From an uncultured Verrucomicrobiae bacterium (GTDB lineage: Bacteria; Verrucomicrobiota; Verrucomicrobiia; Chthoniobacterales; UBA10450): a stretch of 64,000 nucleotides of DNA. Positions 18,740-28,471 of the stretch are shown piece by piece. The DNA lies in assembly GCA_963815455.1 (NCBI GenBank), contig CAWFGO010000001.1, positions 1,536,001-1,600,000 of the forward strand, read 5' to 3'. Under the pieces are notes generated by a model. The model was not told where the DNA came from. It made no database searches and saw only the letters and a program-made list of their open reading frames with translations. Every line of letters begins with the position of its first letter. The stretch's first letter is position 1. A program made the position numbers and the translations under genes.

Positions 18740-19192
18740 ATGAGTACACTAACAATATGGAATCCATTCAAGGAGCTCGACGAAGTTCAAAATCGTGTCA
18801 GTACATTTCTGGGCGGTTTTCCCAGCCGATTCCCAACGAATGGTGACGCTCTGAAACTAAATACCTGGGCGCCCGATGTGGATATCATCGAAGACGACAA
18901 GGAGTACCTGGTTAAGGCGGATCTGCCGGAAATGAAAAAGGAGGACGTCAAAGTGGCCGTCGAAAACGACGTTCTCACCATCTCCGGGGAGCGCAAGACC
19001 GAGAAGGAAGAGAAGAGAAAGAAATACCACCGCATTGAGCGTTCGTATGGCAGCTTCGAGCGGACGTTCACCATGCCGGAGGATGCGGACGCGACAAAGA
19101 TCGTCGCGGACTTCAAAGATGGCGTGCTGCGCGTTCATTTGCCAAAAAGCGCGGCAGCGAAACCAAAACCGATCGAAGTAAAAGTGCAATAA
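18740..19192 (+). CDS. Hsp20/alpha-crystallin small heat shock protein
   Basis: WAPDVDI.E, DLPEMKKEDVKV, RIERSYGSFERTF and A.FKDGVL.VHLPK. Confidence 0.95.
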   Translation: MSTLTIWNPFKELDEVQNRVSTFLGGFPSRFPTNGDALKLNTWAPDVDIIEDDKEYLVKADLPEMKKEDVKVAVENDVLTISGERKTEKEEKRKKYHRIERSYGSFERTFTMPEDADATKIVADFKDGVLRVHLPKSAAAKPKPIEVKVQ

Positions 19193-19207
19193 ACAGAAAA
19201 ACCAAAG

Positions 19208-19234
19208 GGCGGCGTGCACGGGTTGCACGCCGCC
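19208..19234. terminator. Stem-loop between convergent hsp20 and usp remnant; probable intrinsic terminator
   Basis: Perfect 11-bp stem GGCGGCGTGCA/TGCACGCCGCC with a 5-nt loop, flanked by an A-rich tract. Confidence 0.7.
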
Positions 19235-19289
19235 GATCATTATAAATAGAAATTGGCTCGGCACGCTCGTCGGGATGACCCATTCCGGG

Positions 19290-19790
19290 AATTGGCTGCT
19301 CATGATTTTTCCAATGAGCGAATTCTCTTCGGACCGCTCGATACGTTTTAGAGCGCGATTCCGGATACGATGGCACAAACGGTACTGGCTGACGCGCGTG
19401 GCGCACTACCTGTTCTGCCACGCTTTCGATCAGCAGATGCTTCAAAGCCGATTCGCCCATGTGTCGCCATGATTAATAAGATCGACATCGCGCTCCTCCC
19501 CCAGTGCTGCAATGTCCGAAACAGGCAGCCCAATGCTGGAGACGGTTTCACATTTAATTTTTCGAGATTTTGCCACCCCAGCGCACTTCTCCATGTGACG
19601 CCTGGCATCTTTGAGACCGACCTCTGCCAATGTGGAAAGATCATACACGCCGTAGGCATCGGCGGTGAAGGTGTAGCCAAAGTCCATCGCGTGAAATACC
19701 ACTAGCTTGGCCGCGACTTTCTCGGCAAATCCGATGGCATATTCCAACGCCTGCAACGACGATTTGGAAAAGTCGACCGACACGAGGATG
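19290..19790 (-). pseudogene. Truncated, frameshifted universal stress protein (second domain only)
   Basis: ILVSVDFSKSSLQALEYAIGFA...DFGYTFTADAYG is near-identical to the C-terminal half of 6690-7703. Frameshift near 19470 and no N-terminal domain. Confidence 0.8.
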
Positions 19791-19912
19791 TACTAATTGC
19801 TTGGTAAACATCGACTCTTTCTTGGTGGGCCATATCGAGAGCCTGGCAAGAAATGGCGAGCCAATCACAAACGATGGAAGGAACTGAGGTCCAGGCGTGG
19901 TAATGTCTTGTT

Positions 19913-22114
19913 GTGACTAAGGCAGGAACATGGTCGCACGTTGCTCGCGTAATCGAAGAACATCCCGACGTCAAACAGGTCCGGCTCGATGCGGAGGGAC
20001 ATCGGGTGACAGTCGGATTTTACGAGGCGCCTTCCCCGGAAATCCTGGAGCGGATTGAAATGGCGGTGCGCCGGGAACTATCGGGAGAATGGGACGTTTC
20101 GCTCGTTCCTGCCGACGAATGGCCGGCGCTGCATTTGCACAAGATCGACAGTCACACCGCTGAGATTCATCGGACTCATCCGCCGAATGAGCCACCGGTA
20201 ATATGGAAACGGATTCTGCTGCCGGCATGGCGCAACCGGCCGTTTCCGCGGGCGGTTGCGCGCGATCATCGTGTTATGCTTGCCCTCGCCGGCATCTGCG
20301 GCATCAGCGCGCTCAGCGGTTTTCTTCTTGAGCGGATGGCGTTCGGCGTCGTCCCGATATCGATATGCTTTATCGTCGCTTATCTCAGCGGCGGCTGGTT
20401 TGCCACGCAGGATGTCTGGGCCGGGCTCAAGCGCGGGAAGATCGACATCCAGTTTCTGATGATCGCGGTCGCGTTCGGGGCGCTCTTTGTTCGGGCGTGG
20501 ACCGAAGGCGCCACATTGCTGTTTTTGTTTTCGCTCAGTAACGCGCTCGAGCAATTCGCCAATCATCGCACCCGCAAAACGATTGAGTCGTTGTTGAAGA
20601 CGGCGCCGAAATTTGCCCTGCGGCGGGATGGCAGCGATTGGGTTGAGGTTCCGATCGAGCGAGTTCACCGTGGAGACGAGTTGCTGGTAAAACCAGGAGA
20701 GCTGTTCCCGGTAGATGGCGTCCTGATCGAAGGCGCGACGTCGGCCGATGAATCGGCGTTGACCGGTGAAGCGATCCCGGTGATGAAGCAAATCGGGGAC
20801 GCCGTAAGCGGCGGCACACTCAGTATTGATGGCCAATCCGTCGTGCGCGCGACGCGTGAGCTGGAAGAGAGCGCGCTCAGCCGCATTCTGACGCTGATCG
20901 AACTCGCGCAACAACAAAAAGCGCCGGCCCAGCGCTTCACCGATACATTCAGCCGCTATTACACATGGGTCGCGCTTTCATTAGGGGTGGCCGTCTTCGT
21001 GATTCTTTTGCTGGTGCATCGTTCTTTCGACGACGCGCTCTATCGGGCCATGACCGTGTTGGTGGTGGCGTCACCTTGCGCGCTCGTCCTATCGATTCCG
21101 TCCGCGATTCTCGTTGCCATTGCCGCCGGGGCACGACGCGGAATTCTGTTTCGCGGTGGCGTGGCGGTTGAAAATCTTGCCGGCGTAACGGTATTCGCCT
21201 TCGACAAGACCGGGACGCTAACTAAAGGCACCCTCATGGTGTCGCGCATCGCTCCTTTTGGCTCGCAAACAGAAGAAGCGGTCCTCTCAACAGCAGCGAG
21301 CGTTTCCAATTTTTCTACGCATCCGCTTGCCCGCGCGATTGTGATCGAGGCGCAGAACCGAAAATCATCGTTTCCGGACGCTCGAGATTTTCTAAATGTT
21401 CCGGGTTTAGGCATGGAGGCATCGATTGACGGAAAGAGAACTTTCGTCGGCAGCAGGCGCTTCATGCACGATCGCGGGATTTCGTTGCCCGATGTCGCAA
21501 CGACGAGCGCGGCCGAGGTTTGGGTGGGGAGTGATCAAATAATCGGCGTGATTTACCTGCGCGACGAGATCCGGCCGGCAGCGAGAAGCGTTGTCGATTT
21601 CTTAAAGAAGGCCGGCATGTCGGTGACGTTGCTCACGGGAGATCGCGCCGCACCGGCAGCGACCGTGGCGGAACAGGTTGGGATCGATGACGTGCGCGCG
21701 GAGTTAAGTCCGCAGGCAAAGCTGCAATCCATTCACGATCTGCGCGCTGCCGGGAAGAAAGTGGCGATGGTCGGCGACGGCATCAACGACGCGCCCAGTC
21801 TCACCGCGGCGGACGTTTCGATCGGCATGGGTGCGCGCGGTTCCGATGCTGCCTTGGAACAGGCCGATATCGTACTGATGCACGATAAGATTGAGAACGT
21901 GAAAGAAGCGGTTCAGTTAAGCACACGGGCGCGCGCAATTATTCGTCAGAACATCGTGTTGTCCCTCGGCGTCATTCTTGTTCTCATCACTTCGGCGCTA
22001 TTGGAAAAGATCAACCTCACCGTGGGTGTGATCGGCCATGAAGGCAGCACCGTAGTCGTCATTCTAAACGGTCTGCGATTGCTGCGATCCCGATGGAATG
22101 GCTCGGAGCACTGA
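19913..22114 (+). CDS. Heavy-metal P1B-type ATPase, P1B-4 subclass
   Basis: LTGEAIPV, VASPCALVLSIP, FDKTGTLT, HP, GDGINDAP and GHEGST. Confidence 0.92.
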   Translation: MTKAGTWSHVARVIEEHPDVKQVRLDAEGHRVTVGFYEAPSPEILERIEMAVRRELSGEWDVSLVPADEWPALHLHKIDSHTAEIHRTHPPNEPPVIWKRILLPAWRNRPFPRAVARDHRVMLALAGICGISALSGFLLERMAFGVVPISICFIVAYLSGGWFATQDVWAGLKRGKIDIQFLMIAVAFGALFVRAWTEGATLLFLFSLSNALEQFANHRTRKTIESLLKTAPKFALRRDGSDWVEVPIERVHRGDELLVKPGELFPVDGVLIEGATSADESALTGEAIPVMKQIGDAVSGGTLSIDGQSVVRATRELEESALSRILTLIELAQQQKAPAQRFTDTFSRYYTWVALSLGVAVFVILLLVHRSFDDALYRAMTVLVVASPCALVLSIPSAILVAIAAGARRGILFRGGVAVENLAGVTVFAFDKTGTLTKGTLMVSRIAPFGSQTEEAVLSTAASVSNFSTHPLARAIVIEAQNRKSSFPDARDFLNVPGLGMEASIDGKRTFVGSRRFMHDRGISLPDVATTSAAEVWVGSDQIIGVIYLRDEIRPAARSVVDFLKKAGMSVTLLTGDRAAPAATVAEQVGIDDVRAELSPQAKLQSIHDLRAAGKKVAMVGDGINDAPSLTAADVSIGMGARGSDAALEQADIVLMHDKIENVKEAVQLSTRARAIIRQNIVLSLGVILVLITSALLEKINLTVGVIGHEGSTVVVILNGLRLLRSRWNGSEH

Positions 22115-22189
22115 TGGTGAAGAGCGCCTCCGTTTGGCCAGTCGCTCCGCAGGATACCGCTGATGTGCTCTTGAATCCCGCCCGACTCA

Positions 22190-22279
22190 TTATCTTCTAA
22201 CCACAGGCTTCTTTGCTACATAAAGCAGGATCAAACCGAGCACTCCAGCGTATCCGAGGTAGGCTAGAATTACTTCCAT
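22190..22279 (-). CDS. Candidate 29-aa single-pass membrane microprotein
   Basis: MEVILAYLGYAGVLGLILLYVAKKPVVRR* has one TM plus a basic tail and is preceded by two copies of the recurring upstream motif. Confidence 0.5.
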   Translation of the reverse strand: MEVILAYLGYAGVLGLILLYVAKKPVVRR

Positions 22280-22411
22280 GGAGCTATTCAGCGCCATTGA
22301 TGCGAAGCTGGCTTGGCGAATCTTGCGAAGAACTGCGCAATTCTTGGCCGTCAGCCGCGTGAAACTAAGCCTTGTTGTCGATTCTGGCGCGCCCTGCGCG
22401 GATTTGAGAAT

Positions 22412-23206
22412 TTAGCCCGGACGCCTCGAGGCAAGGTTAACGAGATCTTCGCAATTCGATTTTATCTCGCGAATCGTCTTTTCCGGCATGGGCCCTTTCT
22501 CTCGCAGAATGAGACCATGAATCTTTCGCATTCCTTTCAACATCCTGGCCACGGCCGGCCGGTTCCGAATGTCGCGCCGCATTTCGTTCAGTTGCTTTTC
22601 CAGGTAATCGATCACCGCTGGTTGCCGAATCATCTCGGCCCGTTCCGGCGAATAATTTTGGAGCACCAGTGCACATAGCGCCTCGGTCCCGCGTAACCAT
22701 CCGGCCAGACTCACCAGTTGGGAGAGCGACTCGCTCCGGAGATCAATCATTCCTTTCTCCAGATCGGAAAGAACCCCGTTCCACTCCCGGCGGGCCGACT
22801 TCCATCGTTCTTGCTCTGCGTATTCCATGATGCTTCGACTCCGCCGCAGGGCCGTTCTCCCAACTCCCAGGCCCCGGGCTAGGGCCAGGACCGCGTGACC
22901 TATCTCTTTTACTTCGGCTGAATCTTTTCCCTCCATGGCAATGAAACCCTCGGCCACGACTACGCCCAGCAGGAGGGCGATCTGGACCTGATCGCCGCGA
23001 GCCTTCCAGCGGATGATTTCCGGGCGCTGGACCAGCCGCCAATTTGCGCCGTCGAATTTATCCAGCAACTGGAAGACTTCCTCCGGCACCGGCACTAGGA
23101 TGCCTTCCACTGGTTTGGCCTGGCTGGGAAGCTCCGTTTCGGGAGGCGTCTGGGCCAGGACGGGCAGGGCGAGCAAAATGAAAAGGAGAATGACTCGAAG
23201 AAACAC
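22412..23206 (-). CDS. Secreted hypothetical protein, paralog of 11408-12205
   Basis: Signal peptide (LLALPVLAQ) and shared blocks GDQVQIALLLGVVVAEGFIAME and LSQLVSLAGWLRGTEALC. Confidence 0.82.
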   Translation of the reverse strand: MFLRVILLFILLALPVLAQTPPETELPSQAKPVEGILVPVPEEVFQLLDKFDGANWRLVQRPEIIRWKARGDQVQIALLLGVVVAEGFIAMEGKDSAEVKEIGHAVLALARGLGVGRTALRRSRSIMEYAEQERWKSARREWNGVLSDLEKGMIDLRSESLSQLVSLAGWLRGTEALCALVLQNYSPERAEMIRQPAVIDYLEKQLNEMRRDIRNRPAVARMLKGMRKIHGLILREKGPMPEKTIREIKSNCEDLVNLASRRPG

Positions 23207-23239
23207 AATCGTTGAATGGGCTGTAAGTGTTCTTCTCTT

Positions 23240-24010
23240 TTACTGGGCAGTGTAGCCGCCGTCGATCACCAACTCGCTGCCCGTGACAAATTTCGATTCG
23301 TCGGACGCGAGATACAAAATGCCATAAGCGATGTCGTCGGGCTCGCCCATGTGGCCGATGGGATGGAGGCTGTCGAGATGCCGGCGAAAGGTATCGATTC
23401 CATCGGGCGATTGCCGGGCCAGATCCTCGACCAACGGGGTCCAAATATAGCCCGGGTGAACGGAATTCACCCGGATTCGTTCCCTGGCATACAGCAGCGC
23501 ATCCGTCTTGGTCATCAATCGGACTGCGCCTTTGGAAGCGTGATATGGCGGAATGTCGGGCGCGCTGATCAGGCCATAAATCGAGGAAATATTAATGACA
23601 CTACCGCCACCAGCTTCGCGCAGGAATGGGATTGCGTGTTTGGTGCAAAAGAAAACGCCTTTCACATTTACCGCTTGTACCTTGTCCCATTCCTCCTCGG
23701 TCAGCTCGTCGGTTGGTTTATTCGCGCCGGCAATTCCGGCGTTGTTCACCACGATGTCGATCTTGCCGAAGCGTTCTCTCACATCGGCGAAAACCGTTTT
23801 CACTTCCTTCTCAATCGCAACATCCAAATGCCAATAGGCCGCTTCGCCGCCGTTCTTTTTGATTTCCTTCGCCAGATTTCCCCCCTCGGCATCGTGCAGA
23901 TCGGTTAACGCGATTTTAGCGCCTTCCCTGGCCAACAGGACCGCGGTAGCGCGTCCGATCCCCAGGGCCGCCCCGGTTACGATTGCTACTTTTCCTTTTA
24001 CTCGATTCAT
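23240..24010 (-). CDS. Short-chain dehydrogenase/reductase
   Basis: TGAALGIG, VNNAGI, NISS, YHASKG, RVNSVHPG and GSELVIDGG. Confidence 0.94.
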   Translation of the reverse strand: MNRVKGKVAIVTGAALGIGRATAVLLAREGAKIALTDLHDAEGGNLAKEIKKNGGEAAYWHLDVAIEKEVKTVFADVRERFGKIDIVVNNAGIAGANKPTDELTEEEWDKVQAVNVKGVFFCTKHAIPFLREAGGGSVINISSIYGLISAPDIPPYHASKGAVRLMTKTDALLYARERIRVNSVHPGYIWTPLVEDLARQSPDGIDTFRRHLDSLHPIGHMGEPDDIAYGILYLASDESKFVTGSELVIDGGYTAQ

Positions 24011-24068
24011 AATGGCATCCTGACGCCGGGCCTCGAAAAGCGACGCCCGGCGATCAGTCGATCAATTC

Positions 24069-24531
24069 TTATTGAACCTTCACCTGCATTGGCTGCGGTT
24101 TCGCTTTCGGGTTCTTCGGCAGGTGTACCCGCAACACGCCCTCCTTGAACTCCGCCGCGATCTTCGTCGCGTCGGCATCTTCGGGGAGGGTGAACGTGCG
24201 CAGGAACGCGCCATAGGATCGTTCGATCCGATGGAATTTTCTTTTCTTCCTTATCGCTCTTGCGCTCGCCGGAAATGGAAAGGACACCGTCTTCGACGGT
24301 TACTTTCACTTCCTCCTTCTTCATCTCCGGCAGGTCGGTCGTGACCAGGTACTCCTTGTCGTCTTCGGAGATGTCCACCTCCGGCGACCAGTTAGGCAGA
24401 GTCATTCCGCCATTGCCGTTTATTGGCGAGAATCTCCCGAAAAGCTCCGGGGATTTGCCAAAGAAACTGCTCAACCGGTTCTGAACTTCGTCGAGTTCTC
24501 GAAACGGGCTCCAGATTTCCAATGTTTTCAT
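24069..24531 (-). CDS. Second Hsp20, frameshifted near 24245 in an A/G run
   Basis: N-terminal part in ORF 24007-24531. C-terminal part (RKFHRIERSYGAFLRTF...QVKVQ) in ORF 24069-24287. Paralogous to 18740-19192. Confidence 0.88.
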
Positions 24532-24658
24532 GTTTGTTTGTTCCTTTCTTTGGCCATAGCAAACAGCATCGATTGCAAGCTCGCCCGGCGATGCTTGCCA
24601 AACGCTGTGTGTTTTTTGGCGCGCTCATCTTCTCATTCCGAACGGGAGCGGGTTGGTG

Positions 24659-25456
24659 TTAATCGGCCGGCGAGAGCATGTGATACTTGCTGCGCTCCAG
24701 GATCGGACCCTCCGTGCTGCCGCTCAGGAACTGGGCCACAACTGGATTCGTGGATTGCTTCATCTGTTGAGGACTCCCTTCTTCGACAATTTCACCGCGG
24801 TGCAACATGGCCATTCGGGTGGCGATATGGAAGGCGCTGTCCATCAAATGCGTGACGATGATCGAGGTGGTTCTTGTCTTGGCGCTAAGATCGATAATCA
24901 ACTTGTCGATCAACGCGCCGATGACAGGATCGAGCCCGGCAGTCGGTTCATCGAAAAGAATCAATTTCGGTTCCATGACCAGCGCCCGGGCCAGCGCGAC
25001 TCGCTTGCGCATACCACCGCTCAATTCGAAGGGCATGAGTTTGTCTTCGCCCGCCAGTTCCACCATATCGAGTTTCTCATCGACGATCTTGTCGATCTCG
25101 CCTGGTGTCTTGTCCGTGAGCTCCTGCAGAGGCAAGGCGAGATTCTCGCGCACGGTAAGCGAGCTGAGCAGCGCCGAATCCTGATAGACCATCCCAATTT
25201 GCCGGCGGACTTCCTCCAATTCGCGATCGCTCATTCGGGAGACTTCGTATTGCTGGAAGAAAACCGAGCCCTGGTCGGGCCGAATAATTCCGAGAACCAG
25301 ACGCAGCAACGTGGTTTTGCCGGCCCCGCTCTGGCCAATAATGACCAGGCGCTCCAGCGAATCGACCGCGAGCGAAACGCCGTCGAGCACAGTCTTATCG
25401 CCGAAACCAAGATGAACGCCGCGAAGCTCGACAATCGGTTTTCCGGTACTCATCAT
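24659..25456 (-). CDS. MlaF/Mkl-like ABC transporter ATP-binding protein
   Basis: GQSGAGKT, LSGGMRKRVALARAL, ILFDEPTAGLDP and NPVVAQFL.G..EGP. Confidence 0.88.
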   Translation of the reverse strand: MMSTGKPIVELRGVHLGFGDKTVLDGVSLAVDSLERLVIIGQSGAGKTTLLRLVLGIIRPDQGSVFFQQYEVSRMSDRELEEVRRQIGMVYQDSALLSSLTVRENLALPLQELTDKTPGEIDKIVDEKLDMVELAGEDKLMPFELSGGMRKRVALARALVMEPKLILFDEPTAGLDPVIGALIDKLIIDLSAKTRTTSIIVTHLMDSAFHIATRMAMLHRGEIVEEGSPQQMKQSTNPVVAQFLSGSTEGPILERSKYHMLSPAD

Positions 25457-25465
25457 CGTTTCATG

Positions 25466-26581
25466 TCACCGGGCCAGGTGGCTCTCGCGAAACTTGTTCG
25501 TCTTGCGCCATTCGGGGAACGGATGCGGCTCGAAGATCCGATCCTTGCGAGCCGGGCCTCGGGAGCGGCGAGATTTCATCGCCTTCCCATTGAGCCCGGG
25601 AGTTTCGGTTTTGCGTCCGCGTTCACGGATCAGATTCCCCGCTCGCACTTTCTTATACGAAGGCACTACCAGAACAGGACACGGCGCGTGCCGCACGACA
25701 TGCTCGGCCGTGCTGCCGATCAGGATATGCTGGAATCCGGTCCGGCCGTGCGTCGCGGTGATGATAAGATCGACCTTCCGGTCCTTGGCCAATCCACAAA
25801 TTTCCCGCGCGGGCAAACCGGTCTTGACCACAGTTTCAAATTTCACCCGGCCGAATTTCGCGGCCCGCACAAACTCCCGCATTTGTCGCTCGGCATCCTT
25901 CTGCACAGCCTTGATCATTTCGGTCATATCGTAGATAGCGTAACCATCCGCAGTGTAGGCCGGGCCCAGATAGGCGACGTGAAGCAGAACGATTCGGGCG
26001 GCAAATTTCTCAGCGAATGCGATCGCATAATTGAGACCTTCCAGCGAACAGCGGGAAAAGTCGACCGGCACGAGGATGGTATTAACGGCGGATGTTTTTG
26101 AAGATGTCGATCGGCCGCGGGCTTGTCGCGTTACAAAGACTGGACAGGGCGCATGTTGAACGATGCGTTCGGCGGTGCTGCCCAGGACGACATGCTTTAG
26201 ACCGGTGCGTCCGTGTGTAGGCATAACGATGAGATCGGCCGGAATTTCCCGGGCAAACCGGCAGACTTCATCGAACACCGGAGCGCCGCCCGCCTCTCGC
26301 ACATGACAGCCGCTGGGCGAAATCCCGTGTTTGCTGGCCAGAGCGCAGAGCTGACGCACAAGATTTTCCTTGTTCGCCTGTTCGAAGGCGATCGTTGAGA
26401 ACGGCATGAATGGCGGCATCGGCGCCATAAATCCAGCCGGATAAACAAAGTCGTAAACGTGGACGAGATGCACGGTGGCATCGGAGCGCCGGGCCAGTCG
26501 ATTCGCTGTTTCAATCGCCTGGATCGACATTTTGGAAAAATCGATCGGCACCAGAATGTTTCGGATGTGTGTGGTTTTCAT
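25466..26581 (-). CDS. Universal stress protein, tandem UspA domains, basic C-terminal tail
   Basis: Two Usp motifs; paralog of 6690-7703. Confidence 0.93.
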   Translation of the reverse strand: MKTTHIRNILVPIDFSKMSIQAIETANRLARRSDATVHLVHVYDFVYPAGFMAPMPPFMPFSTIAFEQANKENLVRQLCALASKHGISPSGCHVREAGGAPVFDEVCRFAREIPADLIVMPTHGRTGLKHVVLGSTAERIVQHAPCPVFVTRQARGRSTSSKTSAVNTILVPVDFSRCSLEGLNYAIAFAEKFAARIVLLHVAYLGPAYTADGYAIYDMTEMIKAVQKDAERQMREFVRAAKFGRVKFETVVKTGLPAREICGLAKDRKVDLIITATHGRTGFQHILIGSTAEHVVRHAPCPVLVVPSYKKVRAGNLIRERGRKTETPGLNGKAMKSRRSRGPARKDRIFEPHPFPEWRKTNKFRESHLAR

Positions 26582-26751
26582 GTCTCAAACATGAACCGCC
26601 GCCGGCAGTTGGCTTATCATCGCTTGTCGAAAACGACGCGTTTCTTGCGCGTCAAATCGGAACTTTGCGGGTTGCTACTGTTGCGCAATTTATGCATCAA
26701 AATAGCAAACGCGGATAAGCACCTTTCATCTGCCCGATCAGGATAGAGAGT

Positions 26752-27210
26752 ATGAAACCTCACATTCTCCTGGTGGCGGAAGAGGGCGGTCCCTCAACTA
26801 GCGTGATCGCAGATGCGGCGCGTCGAACTGGTCACGGCTTGCGACATGCCCGGAATAGTCGGGAAGCTTTTGAAATTCTTAGGCGCGGCGTGCACGATAT
26901 CGGGCTTGTCATTATCGATGTTGATCCCGGCATTCATGGTCTCTCTGTTTTGGAAGCGATGGGTTTCTGCCGAAACGCTCCGCCTGTGATTGTCGTGACT
27001 GGATTCGAGGAGCTGGACATGGAACCGACGGCCTATCGCCATGGAGCGACCGCTTGCATAGGGAAACCGTTCACTGCTGCGCAGCTCGCCTTATTAATTA
27101 GCGAGGTCTGTCCGGCAACTTCAGAAGTGCCACCGCCAACATGCGATCTATGGGGACATCCCTGCGAAATACACATGCGCAAACGACCGCTACGGGTCGG
27201 CGCGGCATAA
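26752..27210 (+). CDS. Stand-alone response regulator receiver domain
   Basis: HILLV, LVIIDV.PGIHG, VIVVTG and GA.ACIGKPFT; short C-terminal tail CDLWGHPC. Confidence 0.8.
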   Translation: MKPHILLVAEEGGPSTSVIADAARRTGHGLRHARNSREAFEILRRGVHDIGLVIIDVDPGIHGLSVLEAMGFCRNAPPVIVVTGFEELDMEPTAYRHGATACIGKPFTAAQLALLISEVCPATSEVPPPTCDLWGHPCEIHMRKRPLRVGAA

Positions 27211-27316
27211 TTGAGAAATCTGATCCTGCCCCCAAAATTCCAGTGAACAATTTTTGCAAAGCAAAGACCAAAGGAGGGCTAGCCAGACGTTTAGGGGACA
27301 GGCTACCCTGCAGCAG

Positions 27317-28471
27317 ATGAGCGACCGCGATCACGTTTTTACCCTCGGTATCGAGGAAGAATTTCAGATCATCGATCCGGAGACGCGGGCATTACGTTCG
27401 CACATCCAGGAGATCCTGGCCGGCGGCAAAATGCTTTTGAAGGAGCACGTCAAGCCGGAGATGCATCAGTCAGTCGTGGAGTTGGGCACCGAAATTTGCC
27501 AGGATGTGGCAGCCGCGCGCGAGCAGGTGGTGGAACTTCGCAGCGAATTGGCCGAGATCGCAGGCCTGGAGGGGTTGAAGATCGCATCCGCTGGGACGCA
27601 TCCGTTTTCGCATTGGATGGACCAGTTGATTACCGATCACGAACGCTACCGGGAGATTCTCAAGGACATGCAGCAGATCGCGCGGGTAAACCTAATCTTT
27701 GGGTTGCATGTGCACGTGGGAATCCCGGACCGCGAAGAGGGCATCGACATCATGAATCAGGCGCGCTATTTTTTGCCCCACATCTACGCGCTTTCGGTCA
27801 ACTCGCCTTTCTGGCTTGGCCAGGACACGGGGTTAAAAGCGTATCGGCAGATGATCTTCGAGCGTTTCCCGCGCACCGGCATTCCGGATGCGTTCGAAAG
27901 TCTGTCCGAGTACGATGATTATCTGAAGCTGCTGGTCTCGACCGGCTGCATCGATAATGCGAAGAAGATTTGGTGGGACATTCGTTTGCACCCGTTCTTT
28001 AACACGATCGAGTTTCGCATCTGCGATGCGCAGTCGCGGGTGGAAGACACCATCGCGCTGGCGGCAGTGATGCAGGCCATCGTCGTCAAGTTGCACAAGC
28101 TGCGGCGGCAAAACGTGACCTTCCGCAATTACCCGCGAAGATTGATCGATGAGAACCGGTGGCGGGCGGGGCGCTATGGACTCGATGGCAAACTGATCGA
28201 TTTCGGACGGAAATGCGAGATGGATGAGCGCGAATTGATTCACGAGATGCTCGAGTTTCTCGCTCCGGAAGTGGATGAGCTTGGGAGTCACGCCGAAATG
28301 GCGCACATCGAGCGGATCCTGAGCGATGGCACCGGGGCGGATCGACAACTGGCCGTGTGGAAACGCACGGGCGACCTCAAAGCCGTGGTTGATCACATTA
28401 TCGATGAGACCTACGAAGGCCTAACGATCAGCGCCGGTGATCGATTGAATCGCGGTGCTGCCGCGGCCTGA
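27317..28471 (+). CDS. ybdK: Carboxylate-amine ligase (YbdK/GCS2 glutamate-cysteine ligase-like)
   Basis: FTLGIEEEFQIID, AGTHPF, FGLHVHVG, ALSVNSPFW, WWDIR, EFRICD and ENRWRA.RYG. Confidence 0.9.
   Translation: MSDRDHVFTLGIEEEFQIIDPETRALRSHIQEILAGGKMLLKEHVKPEMHQSVVELGTEICQDVAAAREQVVELRSELAEIAGLEGLKIASAGTHPFSHWMDQLITDHERYREILKDMQQIARVNLIFGLHVHVGIPDREEGIDIMNQARYFLPHIYALSVNSPFWLGQDTGLKAYRQMIFERFPRTGIPDAFESLSEYDDYLKLLVSTGCIDNAKKIWWDIRLHPFFNTIEFRICDAQSRVEDTIALAAVMQAIVVKLHKLRRQNVTFRNYPRRLIDENRWRAGRYGLDGKLIDFGRKCEMDERELIHEMLEFLAPEVDELGSHAEMAHIERILSDGTGADRQLAVWKRTGDLKAVVDHIIDETYEGLTISAGDRLNRGAAAA

Noticed and set aside
24236..24256. Programmed frameshift in the second hsp20
   Set aside because: A single missing base in an A/G run fits the window-wide indel error pattern better.
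24575..24598. Inverted repeat GCAAGC-TCGCC/GGCGA-T-GCTTGC upstream of hsp20 as an RNA thermometer or operator
   Set aside because: It does not cover the RBS and matches no known operator; it could simply be a weak terminator.
24653..26101. 482-aa plus-strand ORF
   Set aside because: Antisense to the ABC ATPase and usp, which both have clear motifs.
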